A stretch of DNA of 64,000 nucleotides from an uncultured beta proteobacterium (GCA_963754305.1 CAVWFR010000026.1:42606-106605), one strand, 5' to 3'; positions 27,245 to 38,502 are shown, counted from the first letter of the stretch. Notes: generated by a model from the letters alone, not told the origin. Translations and numbers: made by a program.

Positions 27245-27405
27245 ACCGCGATGCGCTTCTCGGTGTCACGCTCGTGCCGTCGACGTTCGTGGGCTGCGCC
27301 TCGCGGCCGGTCAACGCGCCGATCGAAGGAGTCGAGCCGGGCGAGTTCCCGGCGCTCGGCAAGGATCTCGGCGGCACTGCGCCCAAATAGAAGGAGGAGG
27401 GAACA

Positions 27406-28362
27406 ATGAGAAAGCTCGCAGTTCTGCTCGCGGTTCTTGCCGCGACGGTTTCGGCGCAAGCCCAGCAGTGGCCGTCGAAGCCGATCCGGGTAATCGTGAA
27501 CTTTCCGCCGGGCGGAGCAGCCGACCAGATCGCGCGCACCGTCGCGCCGCCGCTCGGCGAGGCGCTCGGGCAGCCGGTGGTGGTCGAGAACCGGCCAGGG
27601 GCGAACGGCAATATCGGCGCCGAGGCGGTCGCGAAATCGCCGCCGGACGGTTATACGCTGCTGATGTCTTCGGGCGGGGCGTTCTCGGTCAACCCGCATC
27701 TCTACAAGAGCCTGCCGTTCGACCCGGTGAAGGATCTCGAGCCCGTGGCCGCGGCCGCGCGGATCCTGGTGTTCCTCGTCGTCAAGCCCGACCTGCCGGC
27801 GAAGTCGGTCGAGGAGTTTCTCGCGCTGGCGCGGGCGAACCCCGGCAAGCTGAGCTATGGCTCGCCGGGGAGCGGGAGCTCGCCGCACATCGCGGCCGAA
27901 ATGCTCAAGCGCGCAACGAACATCAATATCGTCCACGTGCCTTACAAGGGCGCCGCGCCCGCGCTCACCGATCTGCTCGGCGGGCAGCTCGACTTCATGT
28001 TCGACCCGGGAATCGGTCTCGGGCAGGTGCGCGCGGGGAAGCTTCGCCTCCTCGCCGTCGGTAGCCCGAAGCGCTCGCCGCTCTTCCCCGACGCGCCGAC
28101 GCTCGCCGAGGCCGGCATCGCAGGGTTCGACGCCGATTCGTGGTTCGGGTTCTACGCTCCCGCCGGTCTGCCCGCCGACATTGCGGCGCGGCTCAACCGC
28201 GAGCTGAACCGGGCGCTGCAGACGCCGGCGGTCAAGGATCGCATCCTCGCGATCGGCGGCGAAGTGGGCGCGATGACCGCCGCCGAGTTCGCGGCGCTCC
28301 AGCGCGCCGATCGCGAGCGCTTCGGCGCGCTGATCCGCGAGGCGGGAATCAAGATCGAGTAA
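27406..28362 (+). CDS. Bug-family (TctC-like) substrate-binding protein
   Basis: 318-aa ORF with GGAGGAGGG upstream. Signal MRKLAVLLAVLAATVSAQA, then QQWPSKPIRVIVNFPPGGAADQIART. Confidence 0.9.
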   Translation: MRKLAVLLAVLAATVSAQAQQWPSKPIRVIVNFPPGGAADQIARTVAPPLGEALGQPVVVENRPGANGNIGAEAVAKSPPDGYTLLMSSGGAFSVNPHLYKSLPFDPVKDLEPVAAAARILVFLVVKPDLPAKSVEEFLALARANPGKLSYGSPGSGSSPHIAAEMLKRATNINIVHVPYKGAAPALTDLLGGQLDFMFDPGIGLGQVRAGKLRLLAVGSPKRSPLFPDAPTLAEAGIAGFDADSWFGFYAPAGLPADIAARLNRELNRALQTPAVKDRILAIGGEVGAMTAAEFAALQRADRERFGALIREAGIKIE

Positions 28363-28364
28363 GC

Positions 28365-29117
28365 GTGCGCGCGTCGCTCTGCGGCGCGCTCGCGCTCGCC
28401 TCGACGGTGGCGTTCGCCTTCGACGAATCGGGCGACGGCGAGCGCGGCGTGCCGCCGTCGCATGACGAGGCAATCGCCTGGAAGCTCACCGGGACCTACT
28501 ACCACACGACGAACGAGCGGGGCGCAGGCGACGTCAATCTGCGCGGGAACTTGGGTCCTCACACTGCGTGGGTCGGCTACTACGACCAGCCGGGCGAGTT
28601 CCGGCAAGCGCGCGTCGGGTACGAGTACAACGTCAGGCTCCCGCTCACGCAGGCGGTGCTGTCGGGACAGTACGCATCCGGCGGTTTTCTTGGCGGCAGC
28701 GTCGTGGCGGCGATAGGCCGCGAGGTATACGGGATCGTCGGCCTCTCGCGCACCAACGAGAAGCCCTACTTCAATCTCAACTTCGATCCGAACGACGCCT
28801 GGGTCTTCGGGTTCGGCGCGCGCCTGCCGCAGGACACGAGCGTCGTGCTGTACCAGATTCGCGGCGAGTGGGTCGCGGCCGGCCAGCGCGTGACACATGC
28901 GGTCTTCCGGACGAAACCGTCGCCGGACACGCGGCTGAGCGTGGATGCGTTCTACAAGTCGGGTCCGCTCGACAGCGGGGACGGGGGAACGGTGAGCGCA
29001 ACCGGCATCGCCGTCGGCTTCGACTATAGGGCGTGGTTCGCGCGGATCGCGTGGGATCCGAAGGTGAATTTCACGCCGAACGACATGCTCCGGGTTGCGG
29101 TGGGAAGGCGGTTCTAG
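28365..29117 (+). CDS. hypothetical outer-membrane beta-barrel protein, translationally coupled to the Bug gene
   Basis: GTG at 28365 (in frame in ORF 28140..29117), 2 nt after the Bug stop. Signal VRASLCGALALASTVAFA. The sequence is rich in Y/G/N and strand-like. The C-terminus ..MLRVAVGRRF ends in Phe. Confidence 0.55.
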   Translation: MRASLCGALALASTVAFAFDESGDGERGVPPSHDEAIAWKLTGTYYHTTNERGAGDVNLRGNLGPHTAWVGYYDQPGEFRQARVGYEYNVRLPLTQAVLSGQYASGGFLGGSVVAAIGREVYGIVGLSRTNEKPYFNLNFDPNDAWVFGFGARLPQDTSVVLYQIRGEWVAAGQRVTHAVFRTKPSPDTRLSVDAFYKSGPLDSGDGGTVSATGIAVGFDYRAWFARIAWDPKVNFTPNDMLRVAVGRRF

Positions 29118-29210
29118 GGTCACGGCAGGCGCCCTCGTCCTCGGGCGTCGCCATCCGGTAACTTCCGGTGCATGACACGGCCAGCGGACGCTGCCGGCCT
29201 GACGCGATCC

Positions 29211-31199
29211 TCAGCGGAACTCGATGATCGGCTGATCCACCGCGAGGCTGTCGCCCGCCTTGGCGAGCAGTTTCGCGACCACCGCGTCGTTCTCGGCGCG
29301 GAGCACGTTCTCCATCTTCATCGCCTCGATCACCGCGAGCTTTTCGCCCGCCTTGACCTCCTGGCCGGCATGGACCGCGAGCTCGGTGAGCAGCCCCGGC
29401 ATCGGCGACAGGAGGAACTTCGAGAGGTCGGGCGGCGGCTTGTTCGGCATCAGCGCCTGCATCTTCGCGGCATGCTCGGTCAGGACCAGCGCCTCGACCT
29501 GGACGCCGGCGTGCGTCAGAAGGTACTTGATGCCGGCGCGCTCGAGCTGGACGTGCACGCGCTTGCCCCTCAGCGTGCCGGTGAAGAGCGGCTCGCCGAG
29601 CTTCCAGTCGGACTGGACTACGACGGAGTTGCCCGCGAGGAAAACTTCCTGGCCGCCCGGGATGGACCGGACTCGCACCGGATACGCCTCGCCGCGCAGG
29701 TGCACGACGCGCGCGTCGCCGACGTCGCGTTCGAGGCCGCGCACCTGGCCGGCGATCTTCGCGGAGCGCTCGGCATACCGCCAGTGCACCGCTGCGGCGA
29801 CGCCGATGAAGAGGCTCGGGTCCTCGATCGGCGCCGCGGCGGGTGTGTACCCGCCGGGGAACTCTTCGGCGATGAAGCCGGTGTGAAAGGTTCCTCCCGC
29901 GAAGCGTGGATGGCGCGCGACCGCCGCCAGAAACGCGATGTTCGTCGCCGGGCCTCTGACCACGAAGGCATCGAGCGCCTCGGCGAGCCGCGTCCGCGCC
30001 TCCTCGCGGCTCGTACCGTGGCAGATGAGCTTCGCGATCAGCGAGTCGTAATGCATCGACACCTCGCCGCCTTCGTACACGCCGGTGTCGACGCGTACCG
30101 CTCCGTTGCGCTCCGTCGGCGGGCGGAACTGGATCAGCCGCCCGGTCGAAGGCAGGAAGTTCCGCGACGGGTCCTCGGCATTCACGCGCGCCTCGATCGC
30201 CCAGCCGCGCAGGGCGATCTCGTCCTGCGAAAACGGGAGCTTCTCCCCGGCGGCGACGCGGATCATCAGTTCGACCAAATCGAGCCCGGTGACCATCTCG
30301 GTCACCGGGTGCTCGACCTGCAGGCGGGTGTTCATCTCGAGGAAGTAGAAGCTGCGGTCGGCGCCGACCACGAATTCGACGGTGCCGGCGGAGCGGTACT
30401 TCACTGCCTTCGCGAGCGCGACCGCCTGCCTGCCCATTGCATGCCGCGTCTTCTCGTCGAGAAACGGGGAGGGCGCTTCTTCGAGCACCTTCTGGTGTCG
30501 GCGCTGGATCGAACACTCGCGCTCCCAGAGGTAGACGAGGTTGCCGTGCGCGTCGCCGAGCACCTGCACCTCGATGTGCCGCGGCTCCTCGATGAACTTC
30601 TCGATGAAGACGCGATCGTCGCCGAACGCTGCTCTGGCCTCGCTCTGGCAGCTCACGAACCCCTCGCGGCACTCGATGTCCGACCGCGCGACGCGCAGAC
30701 CCTTGCCGCCGCCGCCCGCGCTCGCTTTGATCATCACCGGATAGCCGATCTTCTTGGCGATCTCCGCGGCGTGCACCGCGTCGCGGACCACATCGGTGTA
30801 GCCGGGGATGGTGTTGACCTTCGCCTTCTCGGCCAGCTTCTTGGAGGCGATCTTGTCCCCCATACCGGCGATCGCTTCGACGTTCGGCCCGATGAACGTG
30901 ATGCCCGCCGCCGCGAGCGCCCGCGCGAAGCGCTCGTTCTCGGACAGGAATCCGTAGCCGGGATGAACTGCTTCGGCGCCGGTCTGCCGGCAGGCCTCGA
31001 TGACGCGTTCGATGACGAGGTAGCTCTGGGCCGAGGGCGCCGGGCCGATCGCCACCGCCTCGTCCGCGCGCGCGACGTGGAGCGCATCCTCGTCCGCCTC
31101 CGAGTACACCGCCACCGTCCTGATGCCCATGCGGCGGGCGGTGCGGATCACCCGGCAGGCGATCTCGCCCCGGTTCGCGATCAGGATCTTCTTGAACAT
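29211..31199 (-). CDS. pccA: propionyl-CoA (acyl-CoA) carboxylase alpha subunit: biotin carboxylase plus BCCP domains
   Basis: 662-aa ORF. MFKKILIANRGEIACRVIRTA.. is the biotin carboxylase N-terminus. The ATP-grasp core is present, and the C-terminal ..LAVIEAMKMENVLRAE.. is the biotinyl-lysine motif. It is adjacent to a PccB-type beta subunit. Confidence 0.85.
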   Translation of the reverse strand: MFKKILIANRGEIACRVIRTARRMGIRTVAVYSEADEDALHVARADEAVAIGPAPSAQSYLVIERVIEACRQTGAEAVHPGYGFLSENERFARALAAAGITFIGPNVEAIAGMGDKIASKKLAEKAKVNTIPGYTDVVRDAVHAAEIAKKIGYPVMIKASAGGGGKGLRVARSDIECREGFVSCQSEARAAFGDDRVFIEKFIEEPRHIEVQVLGDAHGNLVYLWERECSIQRRHQKVLEEAPSPFLDEKTRHAMGRQAVALAKAVKYRSAGTVEFVVGADRSFYFLEMNTRLQVEHPVTEMVTGLDLVELMIRVAAGEKLPFSQDEIALRGWAIEARVNAEDPSRNFLPSTGRLIQFRPPTERNGAVRVDTGVYEGGEVSMHYDSLIAKLICHGTSREEARTRLAEALDAFVVRGPATNIAFLAAVARHPRFAGGTFHTGFIAEEFPGGYTPAAAPIEDPSLFIGVAAAVHWRYAERSAKIAGQVRGLERDVGDARVVHLRGEAYPVRVRSIPGGQEVFLAGNSVVVQSDWKLGEPLFTGTLRGKRVHVQLERAGIKYLLTHAGVQVEALVLTEHAAKMQALMPNKPPPDLSKFLLSPMPGLLTELAVHAGQEVKAGEKLAVIEAMKMENVLRAENDAVVAKLLAKAGDSLAVDQPIIEFR

Positions 31200-31200
31200 C

Positions 31201-32733
<1,533 letters not shown>

Positions 32734-32757
32734 AACGTCCTCCCCAAGTCCTTCCGT

Positions 32758-32779
32758 CGCCCCGGCGAAAGCCGGGGCG
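32758..32779 (-). other. GC-rich stem-loop with GAAA loop in the meaB-pccB spacer
   Basis: CGCCCCGGC-GAAA-GCCGGGGCG has a 9-bp perfect stem. It lies about 25 nt upstream of the pccB start and 35 nt from REP copy 1. There is no U-tract, so it is probably not a terminator. Confidence 0.5.
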
Positions 32780-32813
32780 CGAGCAGCGCCCGCGACTGTA
32801 GCGCGCCGCCATT

Positions 32814-32838
32814 GGATTCCGGCGTTCGCCGGAATGAC
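32814..32838 (-). repeat. REP-like 25-nt palindromic element, copy 1
   Basis: GGATTCCGGCGTTCGCCGGAATGAC is the reverse complement of GTCATTCCGGCGAACGCCGGAATCC. Stem CATTCCGGCG/CGCCGGAATG. It lies in the meaB-pccB intergenic region. Confidence 0.85.
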
Positions 32839-32842
32839 GGGG

Positions 32843-33856
32843 TCAATCCCGGCCGAGCTCGAGCAGCCTGGCTGCCGCCGCGGCCGGCGTCATCGACCCC
32901 TCGCCCACCGCCGCGCGCACGGCGGCAAACTCGCGCCTTACGGCCGGGTGCTGGTAGAACTGCGCGTGGAGTTCATGCTCTACGAGCGCGCTCATCCAGT
33001 CGAGCGCCTGTCGCTTGCGCTTGGCCGCCGCCGCGCCCGCCGCCGTCATCGTGTCGCGGAAGCGCCCGCATTCGCTCCAGAAGTCGTCGATGCCTTGCGC
33101 CTTCAGCGCGCTGAGCGCGACGACCGGAACGGTCCAGCCCGCTTCATGCGGCCGCAGCATCGAGAGCGCGTTGGCGATCTGCGTTCGTGCGAGCTCGGCG
33201 GCCTTGCGGTCGATGTCCGCCTTGTTCACTGCGACGACGTCGACCAGCTCGACGATCCCGCGCTTGATCGCCTGCAGATCGTCGCCCGCATTCGGCAGCG
33301 CGACGAGTACGAAGCAGTCGGTCATTCCCGCGACCGCCGTCTCCGACTGGCCGACGCCGACCGTTTCGACGATCACGACGTCGTTGCCCGCCGCCTCGCA
33401 GACGAGCAGCGCCTCGCGGGTCTTGTGCGCGACCCCGCCGAGCATGCCGCCTGACGGCGAGGGCCGGATGAACGCGTTCGGATCGCGCGACAGACGTTCC
33501 ATGCGCGTCTTGTCGCCGAGGATCGAGCCGCCGGACAACGCGCTGGTCGGATCGACCGCCAGCACCGCGACGCGGCGGCCCTGTCCGGTCAGGTAGAGAC
33601 CCAGCGTCTCGATGAACGTGGACTTGCCGGCGCCCGGTGCGCCGCTGATGCCGACCCGAAAGCTCCCCCCCGTGTGCGGGAGTAGGGCCTCGAGAAGCTT
33701 GCCCGCGCGCGCCTGATGGTCGCGCCGCGTGGACTCGAGGAGGGTAATCGTCTTGGCGAGCGCGCGGGGCACCCCCGCGATCACCCCTTCCGCAAGCTTC
33801 CGATCGGCCGGATCGAGATGCGCGGGCGACAGCTGCGCCCGATGGGTCGCCCCCAT
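32843..33856 (-). CDS. meaB: methylmalonyl-CoA mutase-associated GTPase MeaB (ArgK)
   Basis: ATG at 33856 inside the long ORF 32843..35929; only the last 337 aa are real. P-loop ..[15 protein letters not shown].., ..[18 protein letters not shown].., ..[10 protein letters not shown].., ..NKAD.. . The start overlaps the mcm stop (TGATG). Confidence 0.9.
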   Translation of the reverse strand: MGATHRAQLSPAHLDPADRKLAEGVIAGVPRALAKTITLLESTRRDHQARAGKLLEALLPHTGGSFRVGISGAPGAGKSTFIETLGLYLTGQGRRVAVLAVDPTSALSGGSILGDKTRMERLSRDPNAFIRPSPSGGMLGGVAHKTREALLVCEAAGNDVVIVETVGVGQSETAVAGMTDCFVLVALPNAGDDLQAIKRGIVELVDVVAVNKADIDRKAAELARTQIANALSMLRPHEAGWTVPVVALSALKAQGIDDFWSECGRFRDTMTAAGAAAAKRKRQALDWMSALVEHELHAQFYQHPAVRREFAAVRAAVGEGSMTPAAAAARLLELGRD

Positions 33857-36027
33857 CAGGCGGTGCCGGCGGCGACCCGCGCTACCCGGATCGCACCGAG
33901 CACGGTGCGCGCCGCCTCCGAGATCACCGTGCCTGGACCGAACACCGCCGCGACGCCGGCCGCTTTCAGAAACTCGTAGTCCTGCTGCGGCACCACGCCG
34001 CCGACGACCACCACGACCTCGGGCGCGCCCTGTTTGCGCAGCGCCGCGACGATCTGGGGCACGAGGGTCTTGTGGCCGGCGGCGAGCGTCGACACGCCGA
34101 TCGCGTGCACGTCGTTCTCGATCGCCTGGCGCGCAGCCTCCTCCGGCGTCTGGAAGAGCGGGCCGATGTCGACGTCGAAACCGAGATCGGCGAAGGCGGT
34201 GGCGATCACCTTGGCACCGCGGTCGTGGCCGTCCTGGCCGACCTTCGCCACCATGATCCGCGGGCGGCGGCCTTCCTCGGCCTCGAACCGGTCGATATCG
34301 GCCTTGAGCGCGTTCCAGCCCGGGTCCTGCGCGAATGCCGCGCCGTAGACGCCGGATACCGTCTGGTTCGCCGCCTGATAGCGGCCCCACACCTTCTCCA
34401 GCGCGTCGCTCACCTCCCCTACGGTGGCGCGCGCGCGCACCGCGTCGATCGCGAGCCCCAGCAGGTTGCCTTGCCCGCTGCGCGCTGCATCGGTGAGCGC
34501 GGCAAGCGCCGCCGCCACCGCCTTCGGATCGCGCTTCGTCTTCACGCTCTCGAGGCGCTTCAGCTGGGATTCGCGCACGGCGGTGTTGTCGATTTCGCGG
34601 GTCTGGACCGGCGCCTGTTCGTCGAGCTGATACTTGTTCACGCCGACGATGACGTCCTCGCCGCGGTCGATGCGGGCCTGCTTCTCGGCAGCGCAAGCTT
34701 CGACCTTGAGCTTCGCCCAGCCCGACTGCACCGCCTTGGTCATGCCCCCTACGCCCTCGATCTCCTCGATGATCGCCCAGGCCTTGTCGGCCATGTCCTG
34801 GGTAAGCTTCTCCATCATGTAGGAGCCGGCCCAGGGATCGACCACGGCGGGGATGTGGGTCTCCTCCTGGATGATGAGCTGGGTGTTGCGCGCGATCCGC
34901 GCGGAGAAGTCCGACGGGAGCGCGATCGCCTCGTCGAACGAGTTGGTGTGGAGCGACTGGGTGCCGCCGAACACCGCGGCGAGCGCTTCGATCGCGGTGC
35001 GCACGACGTTGTTGTAGGGGTCCTGCTCGGTGAGCGACCAGCCCGAGGTCTGCACGTGGGTGCGCAGCATCATCGAGCGCGGGCTCTTCGGATCGAACGC
35101 CTTCATCATCCGCCACCACAGCAGGCGCGCCGCACGCAGCTTCGCCACTTCCAGATAGAAATTCATCCCGACGCAGAAGAAAAACGACAGCCGCCCGGCG
35201 AACTCGTCGACGTCGAGCCCGCGCGCGATCGCGGCGCGCACGTACTCGCGCCCGTCGGCGAGCGTGAACGCGAGCTCGAGCGCCTGCGTCGCCCCGGCCT
35301 CCTGGATGTGATAGCCGGAGATCGAGATCGAGTTGAACTTCGGCATGTGCCGCGCGGTGTGCTCGATGATGTCGGCGACGATCCGCATCGACGCCTCCGG
35401 CGGGTAAATATAGGTGTTGCGAACCATGAACTCCTTGAGGATGTCGTTCTGGATCGTCCCCGAGAGCTCCGCCTGCTCGACGCCCTGCTCCTCCGCCGCG
35501 ACGACGTAGCCGGCAAGCACCGGCAGGACCGCGCCGTTCATCGTCATCGACACCGACACCTTGTCGAGCGGGATGCGGTCGAAAAGGATCTTCATGTCCT
35601 CGACCGAGTCGATCGCGACACCCGCCTTGCCGACGTCGCCGACGACCCTCGGATGGTCGGAGTCGTAACCGCGATGCGTGGCGAGATCGAACGCCACCGA
35701 TACCCCCTGCTGGCCGGCGGCGAGGTTGCGGCGGTAGAACGCGTTCGACTCCTCGGCGGTCGAGAAGCCGGCGTACTGGCGGATGGTCCAGGGCTTCACC
35801 GCGTACATCGTCGCCTGCGGGCCGCGGACGAACGGTTCGAGCCCAGGCAGCGTGTTGGCGTAAGCGAGCGCCGCGAGATCTTCGGCGGTGTAGAGCGCCT
35901 TCACCTCGATACCCTCGGGGGTCTTCCACACGAGCTTTTCGGGCGCGCCGGCGGATTTCGCGGCGGCCTTCGCCCAGTCTTCGAGGGTGAAGGTGTTGGG
36001 GATGCTCTCGGGGATGCGGTCGTTCAT
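33856..36027 (-). CDS. scpA: methylmalonyl-CoA mutase, single-chain (catalytic TIM barrel plus B12-binding domain)
   Basis: 723-aa ORF: ..[59 protein letters not shown].. . The C-terminal B12 domain has ..[23 protein letters not shown].. (DxHxxG motif). Confidence 0.95.
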   Translation of the reverse strand: MNDRIPESIPNTFTLEDWAKAAAKSAGAPEKLVWKTPEGIEVKALYTAEDLAALAYANTLPGLEPFVRGPQATMYAVKPWTIRQYAGFSTAEESNAFYRRNLAAGQQGVSVAFDLATHRGYDSDHPRVVGDVGKAGVAIDSVEDMKILFDRIPLDKVSVSMTMNGAVLPVLAGYVVAAEEQGVEQAELSGTIQNDILKEFMVRNTYIYPPEASMRIVADIIEHTARHMPKFNSISISGYHIQEAGATQALELAFTLADGREYVRAAIARGLDVDEFAGRLSFFFCVGMNFYLEVAKLRAARLLWWRMMKAFDPKSPRSMMLRTHVQTSGWSLTEQDPYNNVVRTAIEALAAVFGGTQSLHTNSFDEAIALPSDFSARIARNTQLIIQEETHIPAVVDPWAGSYMMEKLTQDMADKAWAIIEEIEGVGGMTKAVQSGWAKLKVEACAAEKQARIDRGEDVIVGVNKYQLDEQAPVQTREIDNTAVRESQLKRLESVKTKRDPKAVAAALAALTDAARSGQGNLLGLAIDAVRARATVGEVSDALEKVWGRYQAANQTVSGVYGAAFAQDPGWNALKADIDRFEAEEGRRPRIMVAKVGQDGHDRGAKVIATAFADLGFDVDIGPLFQTPEEAARQAIENDVHAIGVSTLAAGHKTLVPQIVAALRKQGAPEVVVVVGGVVPQQDYEFLKAAGVAAVFGPGTVISEAARTVLGAIRVARVAAGTA

Positions 36028-36045
36028 GATCGTCCCTCCGACCGC

Positions 36046-36070
36046 GTCATTCCGGCGAACGCCGGAATCC
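36046..36070 (+). repeat. REP-like 25-nt palindromic element, copy 2
   Basis: GTCATTCCGGCGAACGCCGGAATCC is identical to copy 1 in the opposite orientation. It lies in the dedA-mcm intergenic region. Confidence 0.85.
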
Positions 36071-36093
36071 AGGACAGCGGTCGTCTCTACCGA

Positions 36094-36116
36094 ACCCCGG
36101 CATTTGCCGCCGGGGT
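36094..36116 (-). terminator. possible stem-loop downstream of dedA
   Basis: A-CCCCGGC-ATTTGCC-GCCGGGG-T has the same CCCCGGC/GCCGGGG arms as the hairpin at 32758-32779. It lies about 40 nt after the dedA stop and 24 nt from REP copy 2. On the minus strand it is followed only by TTCGG, so the U-tract is weak. Confidence 0.3.
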
Positions 36117-36154
36117 GACGCCGGTTTGCGCGCCGTGCGGATCATCGGCGCATT

Positions 36155-36736
36155 CTACGGGCGAACAGCGGCTTCGGCAGCCGCCCGCCGGCCGCGGCGG
36201 CGCAGCCACCCGAGCAGCACCAGGCCGGCCACGAGCACCACGCCGAACACCCATTCCTCGACCTGCTTCAGGTCGCCGAGCAGCCGCATCAGCGCCTCGC
36301 CGAGGGCGTAACCGATCCCGGCAATCAGCGCCGCCCAGACGATCGCGCCGAGCAGGTTCAGCGTCGCGAACCGCAACCAGTGGACACGGCTCATCCCGAT
36401 CGCGATCGGTCCCACCGTACGCAGTCCGAACATGAATCGCACCCCGAGGATCAGGGGGGTGTCGTGACGCTGAAGAAGCCGCCTCGCGCGCTCGGCGCCC
36501 GGTCGGAGCGCCGGCCAGCGCGCGAGGACCCGCTCGCCGGCGAACCGCCCCACCAGGAAGTAGACCTGGTCGCCGACGAACCCGCCCGCGGCCGCAGCAC
36601 CGATCACCGCTGCGAGCGAGAGATAGCCGCGGTGCGCAGCGAGCGCCGCGAGGGCGAGGATCGTCTCGCCCTCGAGGATGCTACCGATGAAGACCGCCGG
36701 GTAGCCGTAGGACTGGATGAGAGCGGGGAGATCCAC
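36155..36736 (-). CDS. DedA family inner-membrane protein
   Basis: 193-aa ORF: ..YGYPAVFIGSILEGETILALAA.., ..GFVGDQVYFLVGR.., ..RFMFGLRTVGPIAIGMS.. match the DedA/SNARE-associated pattern. Confidence 0.85.
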   Translation of the reverse strand: MDLPALIQSYGYPAVFIGSILEGETILALAALAAHRGYLSLAAVIGAAAAGGFVGDQVYFLVGRFAGERVLARWPALRPGAERARRLLQRHDTPLILGVRFMFGLRTVGPIAIGMSRVHWLRFATLNLLGAIVWAALIAGIGYALGEALMRLLGDLKQVEEWVFGVVLVAGLVLLGWLRRRGRRAAAEAAVRP

Positions 36737-36801
36737 GGGGGCGCCAACTATACCGGGGGGAAACTACGGCCGCGTCACGTGTCCCGTCGCGGCGTGCCGT
36801 G

Positions 36802-36823
36802 GTCGCCGCCACGGGGCGGCGAC
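36802..36823 (-). terminator. possible stem-loop just after the pyrophosphatase-like gene
   Basis: GTCGCCGCC-ACGG-GGCGGCGAC has a perfect 9-bp stem. It lies 7 nt downstream of the stop at 36830. There is no clear U-tract. Confidence 0.3.
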
Positions 36824-36829
36824 TTCCGC

Positions 36830-37342
36830 TCAAAACGGAACCGGCGGTCCCCGCCAGGAGTCGTCCCGCGGCCTAGCGCGCGCGATCGCCTCGCTCGCCG
36901 AGCACCAGCCCTCGCAGGCATTGCGACCTGGGCGCCGGCGCCAGAGATTCAGCAACCCCTTGCACTTCGCGTAAAAGTGGAAGAAGCGAAGGACCCTGCG
37001 CCGCTGATCGGGGCGCAAGGGCTGCGCGCTGCAGATCAGCTTGTCGTCGGTCATGCCGCGGTCGGTGAGAATCACCGCCCCCCAGGCACGCACCGACCTC
37101 CGGGCGCCGAGCGGCAGCCGCGGCCCGAGCACCACCGCATCCAGCAGATCGCCCTCGAGACCCAGGTACTTCGGCACCGAACCGTAGTTGAACGGGCAGG
37201 GCAGGGGCGAGACGAAGTCGACGCGTCCGGTGGACCCCCGCTTGATGAAGCTGCCGCGCGGGATCTCGATCAGCACCTCCACCGCGAGCGGGTCGGCCAA
37301 GGCGTCCCGGTACGAGGAGCGGTTGGACGTCGCGTCGTTCAT
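36830..37342 (-). CDS. inorganic pyrophosphatase-family protein (short form)
   Basis: ATG at 37342 within ORF 36830..37453. ..VEVLIEIPRGSFIKRG..GRVDFVSPLPCPFNYGSVP..LGLEGDLLDAVVLG.. resembles the family I PPase core. It is divergent from the PPK2 gene. Confidence 0.55.
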   Translation of the reverse strand: MNDATSNRSSYRDALADPLAVEVLIEIPRGSFIKRGSTGRVDFVSPLPCPFNYGSVPKYLGLEGDLLDAVVLGPRLPLGARRSVRAWGAVILTDRGMTDDKLICSAQPLRPDQRRRVLRFFHFYAKCKGLLNLWRRRPGRNACEGWCSASEAIARARPRDDSWRGPPVPF

Positions 37343-37496
37343 GCCGCCAGCGTACACGGCCCAATGGGGGCGCGCCGGCGAAGTGGTCGATTCCGGATCT
37401 GGCCCGGACTCGGCGACCGCATGTTGCCTGCATGCCGATCGACACATGTTCAAATACGAGGATAGATCGATCGTTCGTGAACGCTAGGGGGACGAA

Positions 37497-38390
37497 ATGA
37501 AGAAGCGGCTCTACAAGGTTCTCGACCGTTACCGGGTGACGAAGGGGAAAAATTTCCGCCTGAAGGATGTCGACCCTGGCGACACCTACGGCTTGAAGAC
37601 CGAGGTCAAAGAGGAAGCGAGGCTGTTCCTCCAGCAGGGCGTCGCCTACCTCGCCGAGCAGCAGGACAAGCTCTACGCGCAAGACCGCTGGGCGCTGCTG
37701 CTCATCTTCCAGGCGATGGACGCGGCGGGGAAGGACGGCACGATCAAGCACGTCATGTCGGGCGTGAACCCGCAGGGCGTCGAGGTCGCGTCGTTCAAGG
37801 CGCCCTCGAACGAGGAGCTCGACCACGACTACCTTTGGCGCTGCATCCCCTCGCTGCCGAACCGCGGCCATATCGGCATCTTCAATCGCTCCTACTACGA
37901 GGAGGTGCTGGTGGTCCGCGTGCACCCCGAGTACCTCGCGGCCCAGAAGCTGCCGCCGGAGGTGGTGGGGAAGCGCATCTGGGAGGAGCGCTACGAGGAC
38001 ATCAACAACTTCGAGCACTATCTCGCGCGCAACGGCACCGTCATTCGCAAGTTCTTTCTGCACGTGTCGCGGAAGGCGCAGAAGAAGCGCTTCATCGAGC
38101 GCCTCACCCAGCCCGAGAAGTACTGGAAGTTCTCCGCCGCCGACGTGCGCGAGCGCGCGTACTGGGACGACTACATGAAAGCCTACGAGACCATGATTCG
38201 CGCGACGGCCACGCCGCACGCGCCCTGGTACGTCGTCCCGGCGGACAACAAGTGGTTCACGCGGCTCGTGGTCGCGGCGGCTGTCGGGGAGGCGATGGGA
38301 GGGCTGAAGCTCCAGTACCCGAAGGTGGACAAGAAGAAGCTCGCCGAGCTGGCGGCGGCGCGAAAGCTCCTGCTGCAGGAGGACGATTGA
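37497..38390 (+). CDS. polyphosphate kinase 2 family protein (polyphosphate:nucleotide phosphotransferase)
   Basis: 297-aa ORF: ..LLLIFQAMDAAGKDGTIKHVMSGVNPQGVEVASFKAPSNEELDHDYLWR.. (Walker A-like), ..GIFNRSYYEEVLVVRVH.., ..YWKFSAADVRERAYWDDY.. are typical single-domain PPK2 features. Confidence 0.85.
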   Translation: MKKRLYKVLDRYRVTKGKNFRLKDVDPGDTYGLKTEVKEEARLFLQQGVAYLAEQQDKLYAQDRWALLLIFQAMDAAGKDGTIKHVMSGVNPQGVEVASFKAPSNEELDHDYLWRCIPSLPNRGHIGIFNRSYYEEVLVVRVHPEYLAAQKLPPEVVGKRIWEERYEDINNFEHYLARNGTVIRKFFLHVSRKAQKKRFIERLTQPEKYWKFSAADVRERAYWDDYMKAYETMIRATATPHAPWYVVPADNKWFTRLVVAAAVGEAMGGLKLQYPKVDKKKLAELAAARKLLLQEDD

Positions 38391-38502
38391 GGCGCAACCC
38401 GGCGCAATCGAATGCGGTAACATCGACGCGCCGGTGCGCCGCTGCCCTGAACGCCGGGCTGGGCGACGCGCGGAAAGCGTACCCGGACTAAAAGGAGCGA
38501 CC

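Noticed and set aside
27253-27390. Lipobox-like peptide ..LLGVTLVPSTFVGCASRPVNAPIEG.. in the VOC-Bug spacer
   Set aside because: There is no in-frame start codon that would give a signal peptide. It is the tail of a long wrong-frame ORF (26737..27390) and is likely chance.
33857-35929. N-terminal 690 aa of ORF 32843..35929
   Set aside because: This part is out of frame over the methylmalonyl-CoA mutase gene. Only the part from ATG 33856 (MeaB) has recognisable motifs.
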